Below, in pieces: positions 37,084 to 46,432 of a stretch of DNA of 64,000 bases. Position 1 is the first letter of the stretch, and every line of letters starts with the position of its first letter. Below the pieces are notes generated by a model. The model made no database searches. It worked only from the letters and a program-made list of their open reading frames with translations, and was not told where the DNA came from. This stretch comes from Alphaproteobacteria bacterium (GTDB lineage Bacteria; Pseudomonadota; Alphaproteobacteria; GCA-2731375): NCBI GenBank assembly GCA_965232515.1, contig CBDDPY010000002.1, positions 1,632,001 through 1,696,000 of the forward strand, given 5' to 3'. The translations under genes and the position numbers were made by a program.

Positions 37084-38549
37084 AGCTGCTGGAACCGCTC
37101 GATATCAACGGCATGGTTCTGCCGAACCGCGTCATCGTGCCGGCCATGGTGACGCGGCTCTCGGGCGAGGACGGCTATGTCAACGACGACATCATCGACC
37201 GCTACGCGCGCTATGCCGAGGGGCATGTCGGGCTGATCGTCGTCGAGGCGACGGCGATCCACCAGTCGAAGTCGGGCCCGCTGCTGCGCCTGTCGGACGA
37301 CGCCTTCGTGCCGGGCCACCGCGAGCTGGTGAAGCGCGTGCACGACGCATCGGATTCGAAGGTCGTGCCGCAGATCATCCACTTCATGAAGATCGCGCGC
37401 TCCGGCTGGCGGCAGACCATCGAGATGCTGGAGCAGGCGGATATCGACAAGATCATCGCCGATTTCGGCACCGCCGCGGCGCGGGCGCGCGAGGCCGGCT
37501 ATGACGGCGTCGAGCTGCACTCGGCGCACGCCTATACCCTGTCGTCGTTCCTGTCGCGCCACAACAAGCGCCGCGACGGCTATACCGGCAAGACGCTGGA
37601 AGGCCGGCTGAAGATGTTCGGCCAGGTGATGACCGAGGTGCGCCGGCAGGTCGGCCACGACTGGCCGGTCGGCGTCCGGTTCCTGGCCGAGGAGGCGATC
37701 AAGGACGGCTACGCCCTGCCCGACTCCAAGCGCATCGCGCTGCGCATGGCGCAGATGGGCGCCGACTACATCTCGCTGTCGGTCGGCGGCAAGTTCGAGG
37801 ACGCCGTGCCCAAGCCCGGCCACCCGGTCTATCCCTATACCGGCTATTCCGGCGACCGCTGCATGCCAGGCGACTGGTATCCGGACCTGCCGCACGCACA
37901 CCTCGCCGCCGGCATCAAGCAGTACATCAACGCCAAGGGCTATGACGTGCCGGTGGTTTCGATCGGCAAGATCAACGATCCGCGGGAGGCCGAGAGCCTG
38001 CTGCAGGACGGCAAGGCCGACCTGATCGGCATGGCCCGCCAATTGCTGGCCGATCCGGACTGGCCGCGAAAAGTGGAGGAAGGCCGGCCGGACGAGATCC
38101 TGCATTGCATCTATTGCAACGTCTGCAAGCAGCTCGACGAGAACTTCAAGAAAGTCACCTGCTTCCTCTGGCCGAAGAACAACCTGCAGGCCCCGGCCGA
38201 CATCGCCGGCGCCGTGCACCCGACCTGGCCGGCGGGCGGCGCCGGGCTCAGCGCCGACGTCGTGGACGGCCGGATCAAGCTGGCCTGGAACAAGGCCGAG
38301 GGCGACGGCATCATCGGCTACGACGTCTATCGGGCCGAGGACGGCGAGGCCGAGACGTCCTGCATCGAGGCGGTGAAGAGCGCGAAATACGCCGACCGGC
38401 TGGTGCTGGGCGGCCTGACCTACCGCTACTATGTCCGCGCCTTCGACGCCCAGGGCCGCGCCAGCCCGCCGTCGAACGCCATCACCATAGAGATGCCGAT
38501 GCCCGACTTCGAGCCGAGCCTGCCAGACGGAGCCGTGGAACATGCCTGA
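37080..38549 (+). CDS. NADH:flavin oxidoreductase (Old Yellow Enzyme) with Fe-S motif and C-terminal fibronectin type III domain
   Basis: [36 protein letters not shown]-x11-C, then IKLAW...GYDVYR...[16 protein letters not shown]. Confidence 0.88.
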   Translation: MKLLEPLDINGMVLPNRVIVPAMVTRLSGEDGYVNDDIIDRYARYAEGHVGLIVVEATAIHQSKSGPLLRLSDDAFVPGHRELVKRVHDASDSKVVPQIIHFMKIARSGWRQTIEMLEQADIDKIIADFGTAAARAREAGYDGVELHSAHAYTLSSFLSRHNKRRDGYTGKTLEGRLKMFGQVMTEVRRQVGHDWPVGVRFLAEEAIKDGYALPDSKRIALRMAQMGADYISLSVGGKFEDAVPKPGHPVYPYTGYSGDRCMPGDWYPDLPHAHLAAGIKQYINAKGYDVPVVSIGKINDPREAESLLQDGKADLIGMARQLLADPDWPRKVEEGRPDEILHCIYCNVCKQLDENFKKVTCFLWPKNNLQAPADIAGAVHPTWPAGGAGLSADVVDGRIKLAWNKAEGDGIIGYDVYRAEDGEAETSCIEAVKSAKYADRLVLGGLTYRYYVRAFDAQGRASPPSNAITIEMPMPDFEPSLPDGAVEHA

Positions 38550-40194
38550 GCCGAAGGCGCCGGGCGGCACGTCCGCCCACGTCGACACGTTCGCCGCCGA
38601 CCATCTGCCGCCGCAAGCCGAGTGGCCGCCGATGGACTACAGCCAGCCGGCGGAGCTGGCGAAGTACCCCGATCGCATGAACTGCGCCGCGTGGCTGCTG
38701 GACCGGCAGATCGAGAAGTTCGGCGAACGGCCGGTGCTGCGCACGCCGGACAGCATGTGGACCTATAACGAGCTGCACGACGTCGCCAACCGGATCGCCA
38801 ACGTGCTGGTCGACGAGCTGGGCGTCGAGCCGGGCAACCGGGTACTGATGCGGAGCCCGAACAATCCGATGTATGTCGCCTGCTGGTTCGCGGTGATGAA
38901 GGTGGGTGCCGTCGCGGTGGCGACCATGCCGCTGCTGCGCGCCCGCGAACTGACATACATTGCCGACCTGGCGCAAGTTAAGGTCGCCTTGTGCGACAAG
39001 CGCCTGGCCGAGGAAATGGAGATCACGGTCGAGAAGTCGGCGACGCTGAAGAAGGCGATCTATTTCAACGGCGACGACGCGGACGGTCTGGAAGCGCGGC
39101 TGTCGGACAAATCGGCGAGCTTCGACAATGTCGACACGGCGGCCGACGATGTCTGCCTGATCGCCTTCACCTCGGGCACCACCGGCCAGCCCAAGGGCTG
39201 CATGCATTTCCACCGCGACATCCTGGCGATCTGCGATACCTTCTCGCGCTACATCCTGCAGCCCGGGCCGGACGATATCTTCGCGGGCTCGCCGCCCATT
39301 GCCTTCACCTTCGGCCTGGGCGCGCTGGTCACCTTCCCCATGCATGCCGGCGCCTCGAGCCTGCTGATCGAGAGCTACACGCCAGATACCATGCTCGCCG
39401 CCATCGCCGAGCACGAGGTGAGCGTGCTGTTCACGGCGCCAACCATGTACCGGGCGCTGACGCCGCTCGCCGCAAAGCAGGAGCTGCCGAGCCTGAAGAA
39501 ATGCGTCTCGGCCGGCGAGAGCCTGCCGAAGCCGACCTGGGACGACTGGCACGCCGCCACCGGCATCCGGATCATTGACGGCATCGGCTCGACCGAACTG
39601 CTGCATATCTTCATCGCCTGCGCCGGCGACGACATCCGCCCGGGCGCGACCGGCAAGCCGATCCCGGGCTACGCGGCGACCATCGTGGACGACGCCGGCA
39701 ACGAGGTGCCCGACGACACGGTCGGACGCCTCGCCGTGCGCGGGCCGACGGGCTGCCGCTACATGTCGAACCCGGAGCGCCAGGCAACCTACGTGCGGAA
39801 CGGCTGGAACCTGACGGGCGATGCCTATCTGCGCGATGCCGACGGCTATTTCTGGTACCAGGCGCGGACCGACGACATGATCATTTCGGCCGGCTACAAC
39901 ATCGCCGGGCCGGAGGTGGAATCGGTCCTGATGGAACACCCGAGCGTCGCCGAATGTGCTGTTGTGGGCGCGCCGGACCCGGAGCGCGGCGAGATCGTCA
40001 AGGCTTTCGTGGTGCTGCGCGACGGCGCCGCGGCCAACGACGAAACCGCGAAGGCGCTGCAGGACCACGTCAAGGCGACCATCGCGCCCTACAAGTATCC
40101 GCGCGCCGTCGCCTTCCTCGACGCCCTGCCGAAGACCCAGACCGGCAAGATCCAGCGCTTCGTCCTGCGCGAGCAGGAAGCGGCCGCCAAGTGA
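38542..40194 (+). CDS. Aromatic acid-CoA ligase, 2-aminobenzoate-CoA ligase-like
   Basis: SAHVDTFAADHLPP, FTSGTTGQPKGCMHFHRD, DGIGSTE, ARTDDMIISAGYNI, APYKYPR, TGKIQRF. Confidence 0.88.
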   Translation: MPEPKAPGGTSAHVDTFAADHLPPQAEWPPMDYSQPAELAKYPDRMNCAAWLLDRQIEKFGERPVLRTPDSMWTYNELHDVANRIANVLVDELGVEPGNRVLMRSPNNPMYVACWFAVMKVGAVAVATMPLLRARELTYIADLAQVKVALCDKRLAEEMEITVEKSATLKKAIYFNGDDADGLEARLSDKSASFDNVDTAADDVCLIAFTSGTTGQPKGCMHFHRDILAICDTFSRYILQPGPDDIFAGSPPIAFTFGLGALVTFPMHAGASSLLIESYTPDTMLAAIAEHEVSVLFTAPTMYRALTPLAAKQELPSLKKCVSAGESLPKPTWDDWHAATGIRIIDGIGSTELLHIFIACAGDDIRPGATGKPIPGYAATIVDDAGNEVPDDTVGRLAVRGPTGCRYMSNPERQATYVRNGWNLTGDAYLRDADGYFWYQARTDDMIISAGYNIAGPEVESVLMEHPSVAECAVVGAPDPERGEIVKAFVVLRDGAAANDETAKALQDHVKATIAPYKYPRAVAFLDALPKTQTGKIQRFVLREQEAAAK

Positions 40195-41210
40195 CGGCGG
40201 CGGCCGAAGCCGCCTGGCGGGCGGCGACACGGATGCATCACCGCTATCTGACCGGGTTGATCCTCTACACCCTGCAGAAGCGCGGCGAGGAAGCCGCGAC
40301 GGAACTGGTGTTCCGCACCTTCCGCGAGCAGCATCACGAGAAGTTCCTGCCCGGCCTGAAGCGGCTCGGCCTCGAGGGGCTGCCGCCGGCGGTGGCGGTG
40401 GGGCGGTATTTCTATCTGGCGAACGGCATGGGCGGCGTGAAGATGGAGCTGATGCCGGAATCCGAGACCAAGGTCTGGATCCGCTATCCGCCGCCGCGCT
40501 GGATTTGGGAGGGCGCGGCGATCTGCGCTGTGCCGACGCCGGTATCGCTCGCCTTCCCCCGCGCCTTCCACTCGCAGTGCGGCGTCAGCATGGGCGTGCC
40601 GAACCTGGGCTTCGTCTGCACCGCCGTCACCACCGACGGCGAGCCGGGCCTGGAAGGCTACTTCAAGATGTTTGACCGTGACCTGGCGGGCGACGAACGC
40701 CTGCAGTTCGCCCGCGGCGAGCCGAGCCCGGACTTCGATTCCGCCGCGGCGCCGGTCATCGACCTGACGCCGTCACAACGCGTGAAGTCGCGGCGGAACT
40801 ATGCGCTGCAGTTCGTGCGCACCATGCTGCCGATCGCCGTCGACATGTTCGGCCCCGATCTGCCGCGCGAGGCGGCCGTGCTGATCGGCATGCACCATGC
40901 CGAGGAAACGGCGGAGATACTTGAAAAAAATACCAATGATATCAATGGCTTTTCCGATTATTTTGCTGCGATGCTTGAGGGCAGCGGCGAGACCGTCGAG
41001 CGAGATGGTTCGGCGATCCGCATGCACGGCTGGCGGCTGATGCAGGACAAGCCGGACGTCACGGCCGGCGTGTTCGACGCCTGGCACGGCCTGTGGGAAG
41101 GCGCGCTAATGACCGCCAACCGGCGTCTCACCCTGCATATTGAGCAGCGCGCGGACCGCACTTCAGAACATTGGCAATGGCGCGTGGGTGACGCTGCCCG
41201 GCCGGTCTAG
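40191..41210 (+). CDS. Hypothetical protein translationally coupled to the CoA ligase
   Basis: GTGA overlap with the ligase stop; 339-aa globular ORF (YPPPRWIWEG, LGFVCT, PGLEGY). Confidence 0.75.
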   Translation: MTAAAEAAWRAATRMHHRYLTGLILYTLQKRGEEAATELVFRTFREQHHEKFLPGLKRLGLEGLPPAVAVGRYFYLANGMGGVKMELMPESETKVWIRYPPPRWIWEGAAICAVPTPVSLAFPRAFHSQCGVSMGVPNLGFVCTAVTTDGEPGLEGYFKMFDRDLAGDERLQFARGEPSPDFDSAAAPVIDLTPSQRVKSRRNYALQFVRTMLPIAVDMFGPDLPREAAVLIGMHHAEETAEILEKNTNDINGFSDYFAAMLEGSGETVERDGSAIRMHGWRLMQDKPDVTAGVFDAWHGLWEGALMTANRRLTLHIEQRADRTSEHWQWRVGDAARPV

Positions 41211-41797
41211 CGTTTGCTCCAGGCCAAGGCGTCCTCGAGGCGGTCGTCGCCCCAGAAGATCTCGCCGTCGACCGCGAATGTCGGCGAACCGAAGATGCCC
41301 AGCGCGCGGGCCGCGTCGGTCTCGTCCTCTAATCGTTGGACATTGTCGTCCGCGTTGGCGGCGGCGATGACGGCGGCCGGATCCTTGTCCAGAGACCGAA
41401 GCACGTGTTCGACGTTGTCGTCGACGCCGAGCGGCCGATCTTCAAGGAACCAGGCGCGATAGCTCGCCTTCGTGTAGTCGGGGCACCAGCCCTCCTTGGC
41501 CGCCAGCACGCCGACGCGGTTGGCAAGCAGATCGGGATCGACCGGATATTGCGGCTGGCCGCGGTATTCGAGGCCGTAGCCGGCCGCGCGGCGTTCCAGA
41601 TCGCGCCACATATAGGCCGCCTTCGCCGGCTTGGTGGCGAAGGGAATGTTGTCCATTTCCAGCATGATCGCGCGGACGTTGAACGGGCGCCAGTTGACAT
41701 TGACGCCAGCCTCCGCCGCCGCCTGCTCGATCCGCATGACGCTCAGGTAGGTGTAGGTGCTGCCGTAGAAAAAGAAGAAATCGATCGATGCGGACAT
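41207..41797 (-). CDS. 2-hydroxychromene-2-carboxylate isomerase/kappa-GST (DsbA family)
   Basis: IDFFFFYGSTYTYL, YMWRDLERRA, GIFGSPTF, FWGDDRLE. Confidence 0.92.
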   Translation of the reverse strand: MSASIDFFFFYGSTYTYLSVMRIEQAAAEAGVNVNWRPFNVRAIMLEMDNIPFATKPAKAAYMWRDLERRAAGYGLEYRGQPQYPVDPDLLANRVGVLAAKEGWCPDYTKASYRAWFLEDRPLGVDDNVEHVLRSLDKDPAAVIAAANADDNVQRLEDETDAARALGIFGSPTFAVDGEIFWGDDRLEDALAWSKR

Positions 41798-41851
41798 GAC
41801 GCGTCTCTCCTTTGTGCGGGCGATCTCCGACCGGTTGCCGCGTCGCGGACT

Positions 41852-42031
41852 CTACAGCGACTCGACGTCGGCGTCGGAGAATGCCCATTCAGTGGGTTCG
41901 TCGAGCTCGGCGAAGAACAGACGTTCGGCTTCGGCCATGGCCGCGTCCTCGTCGGGGGCGTTGACCTTGGCCACCCAATAGAGCTCGCCGCGCTTGAGGC
42001 TGGCTTTCAGGGTCACGTTGAACTTCGGCAT
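41852..42031 (-). CDS. Small acidic hypothetical protein (59 aa)
   Basis: MPKFNVTLKASLKRGELYW...WAFSDADVE; GC3-biased codons; fills the intergenic gap. Confidence 0.6.
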   Translation of the reverse strand: MPKFNVTLKASLKRGELYWVAKVNAPDEDAAMAEAERLFFAELDEPTEWAFSDADVESL

Positions 42032-42111
42032 GGCCCCGCAGATACGCCAACCCGCGTGTCGGCGCAACCGTTCGATCTGATAGACTGCGCGGGAACAGGA
42101 CCTGGAGCACG

Positions 42112-43887
42112 ATGAATACGCATCTCAGCCTCGCCGACAAGGACGTCGCTATCCCGCCGGCCGACAGCCCGGTCGCACCCGATACACGCGGCATGAACTT
42201 CTATGCCGCGGACGCGTCGTTGCGCGGATTGCTGCCGCTCTATCTCGACGCAGAGACCTTGGGCCAGCTGGAACCGCATCTGCAGCGCATGGGCGAGCTG
42301 GCGGCGAACCGGCTGGAAGACCTGGCGATGACCGCGGACAAACACCCGCCTGTGCTGGTCCAGCGCACGCCGCGCGGCGAGGATCGGCAGAGCATCGAGT
42401 ACCACCCCGCCTATCGCGAGATGGAGCGGATCGCCTTTGGCGAATTCGCGCTGCACGCCATGAGCCACCGCGGCGGCGTGCTGGGCCGCGAGACGCCCTG
42501 GCCGGTGACAGCGAAATACGCGCTGTCCTACCTGTTCGTGCAGGCCGAATTCGGTCTGCTCTGCCCGGTGAGCATGACCGACACCGTCCATGGCCTGATT
42601 GCCAAGAACGGCCCGGACGTGCTGCGCGAAAGATATGGCGCGCCGATGCTGCGCCAGGACCTGAACGCGCTCTATCAGGGCGCCATGTTCATGACCGAGC
42701 GGCACGGCGGCTCGGATGTCGGGGCCAACCAGGTCGTGGCCCGGCAGGCGGCCGGCGAATGGCGGCTCTACGGCGACAAATGGTTCTGCTCGAACGTCGA
42801 CGCCGAGGTCACGGCGGTGCTGGCGCGGCCCGAGGGCGCCGGCCCGGGCACCAGGGGCCTGGGCCTGTTCCTGCTGCCGCGGCACCTGGACGACGGCCGG
42901 CCGAACCGCTATCGCATCGTGCGCCTGAAAGACAAGCTCGGCACACGGTCGATGGCGAGCGGCGAGGTCGTTCTGGAAGGCGCGACGGCCCATGTGATCG
43001 GCGAGATCGACCGCGGCATCCTGCAGATGATGGAAACCGTAAACGCCTCGCGCCTGTCGCAGAGCATGCGGGCCGCGGGCGTGATGCGCCGCTGCTGGCA
43101 CGATGCGCTGACCGTGGCGGGGCATCGGGTGGCCTGGGGCCGGCCCATCGCCGAGTTCCCGCTGCTGCGCCGGCAGTTGCTGAAGATCTTGCTGCCGGCC
43201 GAGGAATGCCTGTCGTTCCTGCTGTTCACCAGCCAGGCGCTGGACAAGGCCGAGGCAGGCGACGACGAAGCGGCGCAACTGCTGCGACTGGCGACGCCGC
43301 TGATCAAGTTCCGCAGCAACCGCGACCAGCGGCGCATCACCGGCGACGCGCTCGAGATCCGCGGCGGCAACGGCTATATCGAGGACTGGGCAAACCCGCG
43401 CCTGGTGCGCGACGGGCATCTGGGCGTGCTGTGGGAGGGCACCAGCAACATGGTCGCGCTCGACGCCATGCAGCGCGCCATCGCCAAGAAGGGTGCGCAC
43501 CGGGTGTTCCAGGCCGCGCTGCACGAACGGCTCGACGTCGCCGCCAAGATCCCGACGACCGTGCGCGACCGCCTGCGCGGCCATGTCGACCGCGCCGTCG
43601 CCTATGCCGAGCGCGTGGCCGGCCAGGGCGAGGCCGGCGAGGCGCAGGCGCGCAAGGCGTCGTCAGCGCTCTATCACGCCGCCAGCGCCGCCCTGCTCTG
43701 CTGGGAAGCGGCGATGCTGGACGATCCGAGGCGGTTGCTGCTCGCCGGGCTTGTCGACCGCTTCAAGCTGTCGCCGCAGGACCCGCTGAGCGACGACGAC
43801 GCGGCGCTGGAAACGGCCGCCGCCGCGACGCTGATCGACGGCGCGCCGACGACGCTGGCGGACGCCGCCGCGCTGATCGCGGGCTGA
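42112..43887 (+). CDS. Acyl-CoA dehydrogenase, AidB-like
   Basis: CPVSMTD, FMTERHGGSDV, KWFCSN, RLKDKLGTRSMASGE, GGNGYIE, WEGTSN. Confidence 0.92.
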   Translation: MNTHLSLADKDVAIPPADSPVAPDTRGMNFYAADASLRGLLPLYLDAETLGQLEPHLQRMGELAANRLEDLAMTADKHPPVLVQRTPRGEDRQSIEYHPAYREMERIAFGEFALHAMSHRGGVLGRETPWPVTAKYALSYLFVQAEFGLLCPVSMTDTVHGLIAKNGPDVLRERYGAPMLRQDLNALYQGAMFMTERHGGSDVGANQVVARQAAGEWRLYGDKWFCSNVDAEVTAVLARPEGAGPGTRGLGLFLLPRHLDDGRPNRYRIVRLKDKLGTRSMASGEVVLEGATAHVIGEIDRGILQMMETVNASRLSQSMRAAGVMRRCWHDALTVAGHRVAWGRPIAEFPLLRRQLLKILLPAEECLSFLLFTSQALDKAEAGDDEAAQLLRLATPLIKFRSNRDQRRITGDALEIRGGNGYIEDWANPRLVRDGHLGVLWEGTSNMVALDAMQRAIAKKGAHRVFQAALHERLDVAAKIPTTVRDRLRGHVDRAVAYAERVAGQGEAGEAQARKASSALYHAASAALLCWEAAMLDDPRRLLLAGLVDRFKLSPQDPLSDDDAALETAAAATLIDGAPTTLADAAALIAG

Positions 43888-43890
43888 TCC

Positions 43891-44949
43891 ATGCAGAGCC
43901 CGGGCATGCGCGACCTGCCGCTGCTGCCGACCATGGGCGTCGGCAGCTATGCGACGCCGGGTTGGCTGTTTCCGGTGCGCGAGGCCATGGGCCAGGGTCG
44001 CCTCGGACCGGACGACATCACGGAGGCCTTCGAGGACGCAACCCGCATCGTCATCGCCGACCAGATCGAGGCCGGGGTCGACATCGTCTCGGACGGCGAG
44101 CTGCAGCGGCAGCGCTTCGTCTACGAGATGTATGACCGCATCACCGGCATCGACCGCCGGCCTTCGCCGCGCCGGTTGGGCGTGCCGGGCTACGACAAAG
44201 CGCCAAAGTTCGTCGCCAACGAGCGCCTGCGGGCGCCGAACGGCCTGGGCCTTGTGGACGAATTCAACGACCTGAAGCGCCTGGCGCCCGAAAGCCGCCT
44301 GAAGATCGCCTTCCCCGGCCCCCTCACCTTCGCCCGCAATATCCGGCCCGGCGCGGCTTATGGCGACGGCGACAGCGCCAATGCCGACCTGATGGCCGAC
44401 ATCGTCGCCATGGTGCGGGACGAGGTCGCCGCGCTCGCGATGGCCGGGGCCGAGTTGATCCAGATCGACGAGCCGGGCCTGACCAACCTGCCCGACTTCG
44501 TCACCATCGAGAACGCCGCCGCGCCGATCAACGCCGCCATCGACGGCTACGCCGAGCGCACGGCCGTGCATGTTTGCTATGGCAATAACGCCAGCCGGCC
44601 CTACGCCCGCCGCGATCTGGCGCGGCTGCTGCCGGCGATCCGGGCGCTGCAATCGCCATTGCTGTCGCTGGAGTTCGCCAACCGCGAGATGGCAGAGCTG
44701 GAACTTCTGGGCGAGCTGTCGGGCCGGTTCGAAATCGCCGCCGGCCTGGTCGACGTGAAGTCGTTCTACGAGGAAACACCGGAAGATATCGCCGCCCGCA
44801 TCCGTGCGACGCTCGAATATGTGCCGGCAGACCGGCTGTCGGTAACACCGGATTGCGGCTTCTCGGCCATCCCGCGCTGGCTCGCCCGGCACAAGATGCA
44901 GGCCATGGTTAACGGAACCTTGCTCGTGCGGGCCGAACTGACCGGCTGA
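43891..44949 (+). CDS. Cobalamin-independent methionine synthase II family (single barrel)
   Basis: VGSY, SDGELQR, IQIDEP, HVCYGN, LEFA, PDCG zinc ligands. Confidence 0.9.
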   Translation: MQSPGMRDLPLLPTMGVGSYATPGWLFPVREAMGQGRLGPDDITEAFEDATRIVIADQIEAGVDIVSDGELQRQRFVYEMYDRITGIDRRPSPRRLGVPGYDKAPKFVANERLRAPNGLGLVDEFNDLKRLAPESRLKIAFPGPLTFARNIRPGAAYGDGDSANADLMADIVAMVRDEVAALAMAGAELIQIDEPGLTNLPDFVTIENAAAPINAAIDGYAERTAVHVCYGNNASRPYARRDLARLLPAIRALQSPLLSLEFANREMAELELLGELSGRFEIAAGLVDVKSFYEETPEDIAARIRATLEYVPADRLSVTPDCGFSAIPRWLARHKMQAMVNGTLLVRAELTG

Positions 44950-45002
44950 GCCGTTCCCGGCAAACCGCCTGTTAACCGGGCGCGTGGCAGACTGCCGAGT
45001 CC

Positions 45003-45779
45003 ATGAATGTACTGGCGACAACGGCGATCAGACCCACGGCCCCGGTCAGCACCCGGCCGGCCGCTCCTGCCGCTTTGCCTGACCCCAAGCCGACCGAGAC
45101 AGCCGCGCCCAGCGGTGACAAGGCGGGCGGCAAGGCGGCGAAGCCGTCGAACCTGCTGGACGTCAAGAGCCTGCTGACGGCCCAGGAGTCCGAGGCCGGC
45201 AAGAAGACCGGGGTCAACCAGGAGTTGACCGAGGAAGAGCAGAAGATCGTTTCCGAAATGAAGGCGCGCGACGCTGAGGTCCGCCGGCACGAGGAAGCGC
45301 ATGCCCGCACCGGCGGTCAATATGCGGGCTCGCCGAGCTACCAGTATGAGAAAGGCCCCGACGGCCGGCGCTACGCCGTGTCCGGCGAGGTGCCGATCGA
45401 CGTCGCGCCGGTTCCGGGCGATCCGGCGGCGACGATCCGCAAGATGGAGACCGTCAAGCGCGCGGCCCTGGCCCCGGCCGAGCCGTCGTCTCAGGACCGT
45501 TCGGTCGCCGCCAAGGCCGATCAGGAGAAGATGAAGGCCCGCGCCGAGCAGCTGAAGGAACGCCGCGAGGAGACCGCGGCGCAGAATGGCACCGGCAAGA
45601 CCGAGGCCGGCGATCCGGCTTCGCCGAACGCGGGCCCCACCGAACCGGCCACCGCCACGACATCGTCTGCCGGTCCGCAACAGCCCGACAGCGGCTTCAG
45701 CATTGCCGCCACGGCCTATTCCGCCGCCACCAGCACCACGACACAGCCTGTCCAGCAGCTCTTCGGCCTCGTCGCTTAG
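45003..45779 (+). CDS. SprA-related putative metalloprotease
   Basis: RDAEVRRHEEAH (HExxH), GPDGRRYAVSGEVPID, AALAPAEPSSQDRSVA. Confidence 0.85.
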   Translation: MNVLATTAIRPTAPVSTRPAAPAALPDPKPTETAAPSGDKAGGKAAKPSNLLDVKSLLTAQESEAGKKTGVNQELTEEEQKIVSEMKARDAEVRRHEEAHARTGGQYAGSPSYQYEKGPDGRRYAVSGEVPIDVAPVPGDPAATIRKMETVKRAALAPAEPSSQDRSVAAKADQEKMKARAEQLKERREETAAQNGTGKTEAGDPASPNAGPTEPATATTSSAGPQQPDSGFSIAATAYSAATSTTTQPVQQLFGLVA

Positions 45780-45937
45780 TCTTTCGTGATGGCCCGTTGA
45801 TCTTGGCGCTTCGCCGGGACCGGCGTGCGGTCGGTAGCGCTCGACTGGATCTGACCACTCGGGCGGCCGAATAAGGTCACAGGTTGGCCAAGGATGCGCG
45901 CGATAGGCTCATCGCCAGTCCAGAAAGGAAGCGACCG

Positions 45938-46423
45938 ATGAAGAAACTCGTCATTGTTGCGGTCGTTGCCGGTCTGATCGGCTTCGTCGCCGGCAACGCC
46001 TTCTGGTATCTCTTCAGCCCGCTGTGGATCGATGTCGTCGTGGACGAGCGGGCCAGCGCCGCCGCGACCGCAAAGGCGCTGGCGACAGGCAATTTCGTCG
46101 ATGCCGACAGCGCCCATAGCGGCAAGGGCATTGCGACGATTTACGAAAGCGAAACGGGCGAGCGTCTGCTGCGTCTGACGGAGTTCGAGGTGACCAACGG
46201 ACCCGCCTTGGAGGTCTGGCTGGTAACCGCCGAAGCACCAACCTCATCCGACAGCGTCAAGGCCGGCGAATGGCTGTCGCTCGGCAAGCTGAAGGGCAAT
46301 ATCGGGGATCAGAACTACGACATCCCCACCGATGCCGATTTGTCCCGCTATCGCGCGGTCGTTATCTGGTGCGAGCAGTTCGGCGTGCTGTTCTCGCCGG
46401 CCACCTTGAGCCCGGCAAGCTAG
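45938..46423 (+). CDS. DM13 domain-containing protein
   Basis: N-terminal TM, H.GKG.A, TNGPAL.V.L, LGKLKGNIGDQNY, VVIWCEQFGVLF. Confidence 0.9.
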   Translation: MKKLVIVAVVAGLIGFVAGNAFWYLFSPLWIDVVVDERASAAATAKALATGNFVDADSAHSGKGIATIYESETGERLLRLTEFEVTNGPALEVWLVTAEAPTSSDSVKAGEWLSLGKLKGNIGDQNYDIPTDADLSRYRAVVIWCEQFGVLFSPATLSPAS

Positions 46424-46432
46424 CCCAACAGC

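Noticed and set aside
40915-40975. Short AT-rich patch with an A8 run inside the hypothetical gene
   Set aside because: The frame stays open and reads as normal protein; too short to claim foreign DNA or phase variation.
44970-45000. Sigma28 promoter before the SprA-like gene
   Set aside because: TAAC...GCCGAG spacing does not match TAAA-N15-GCCGATAA.
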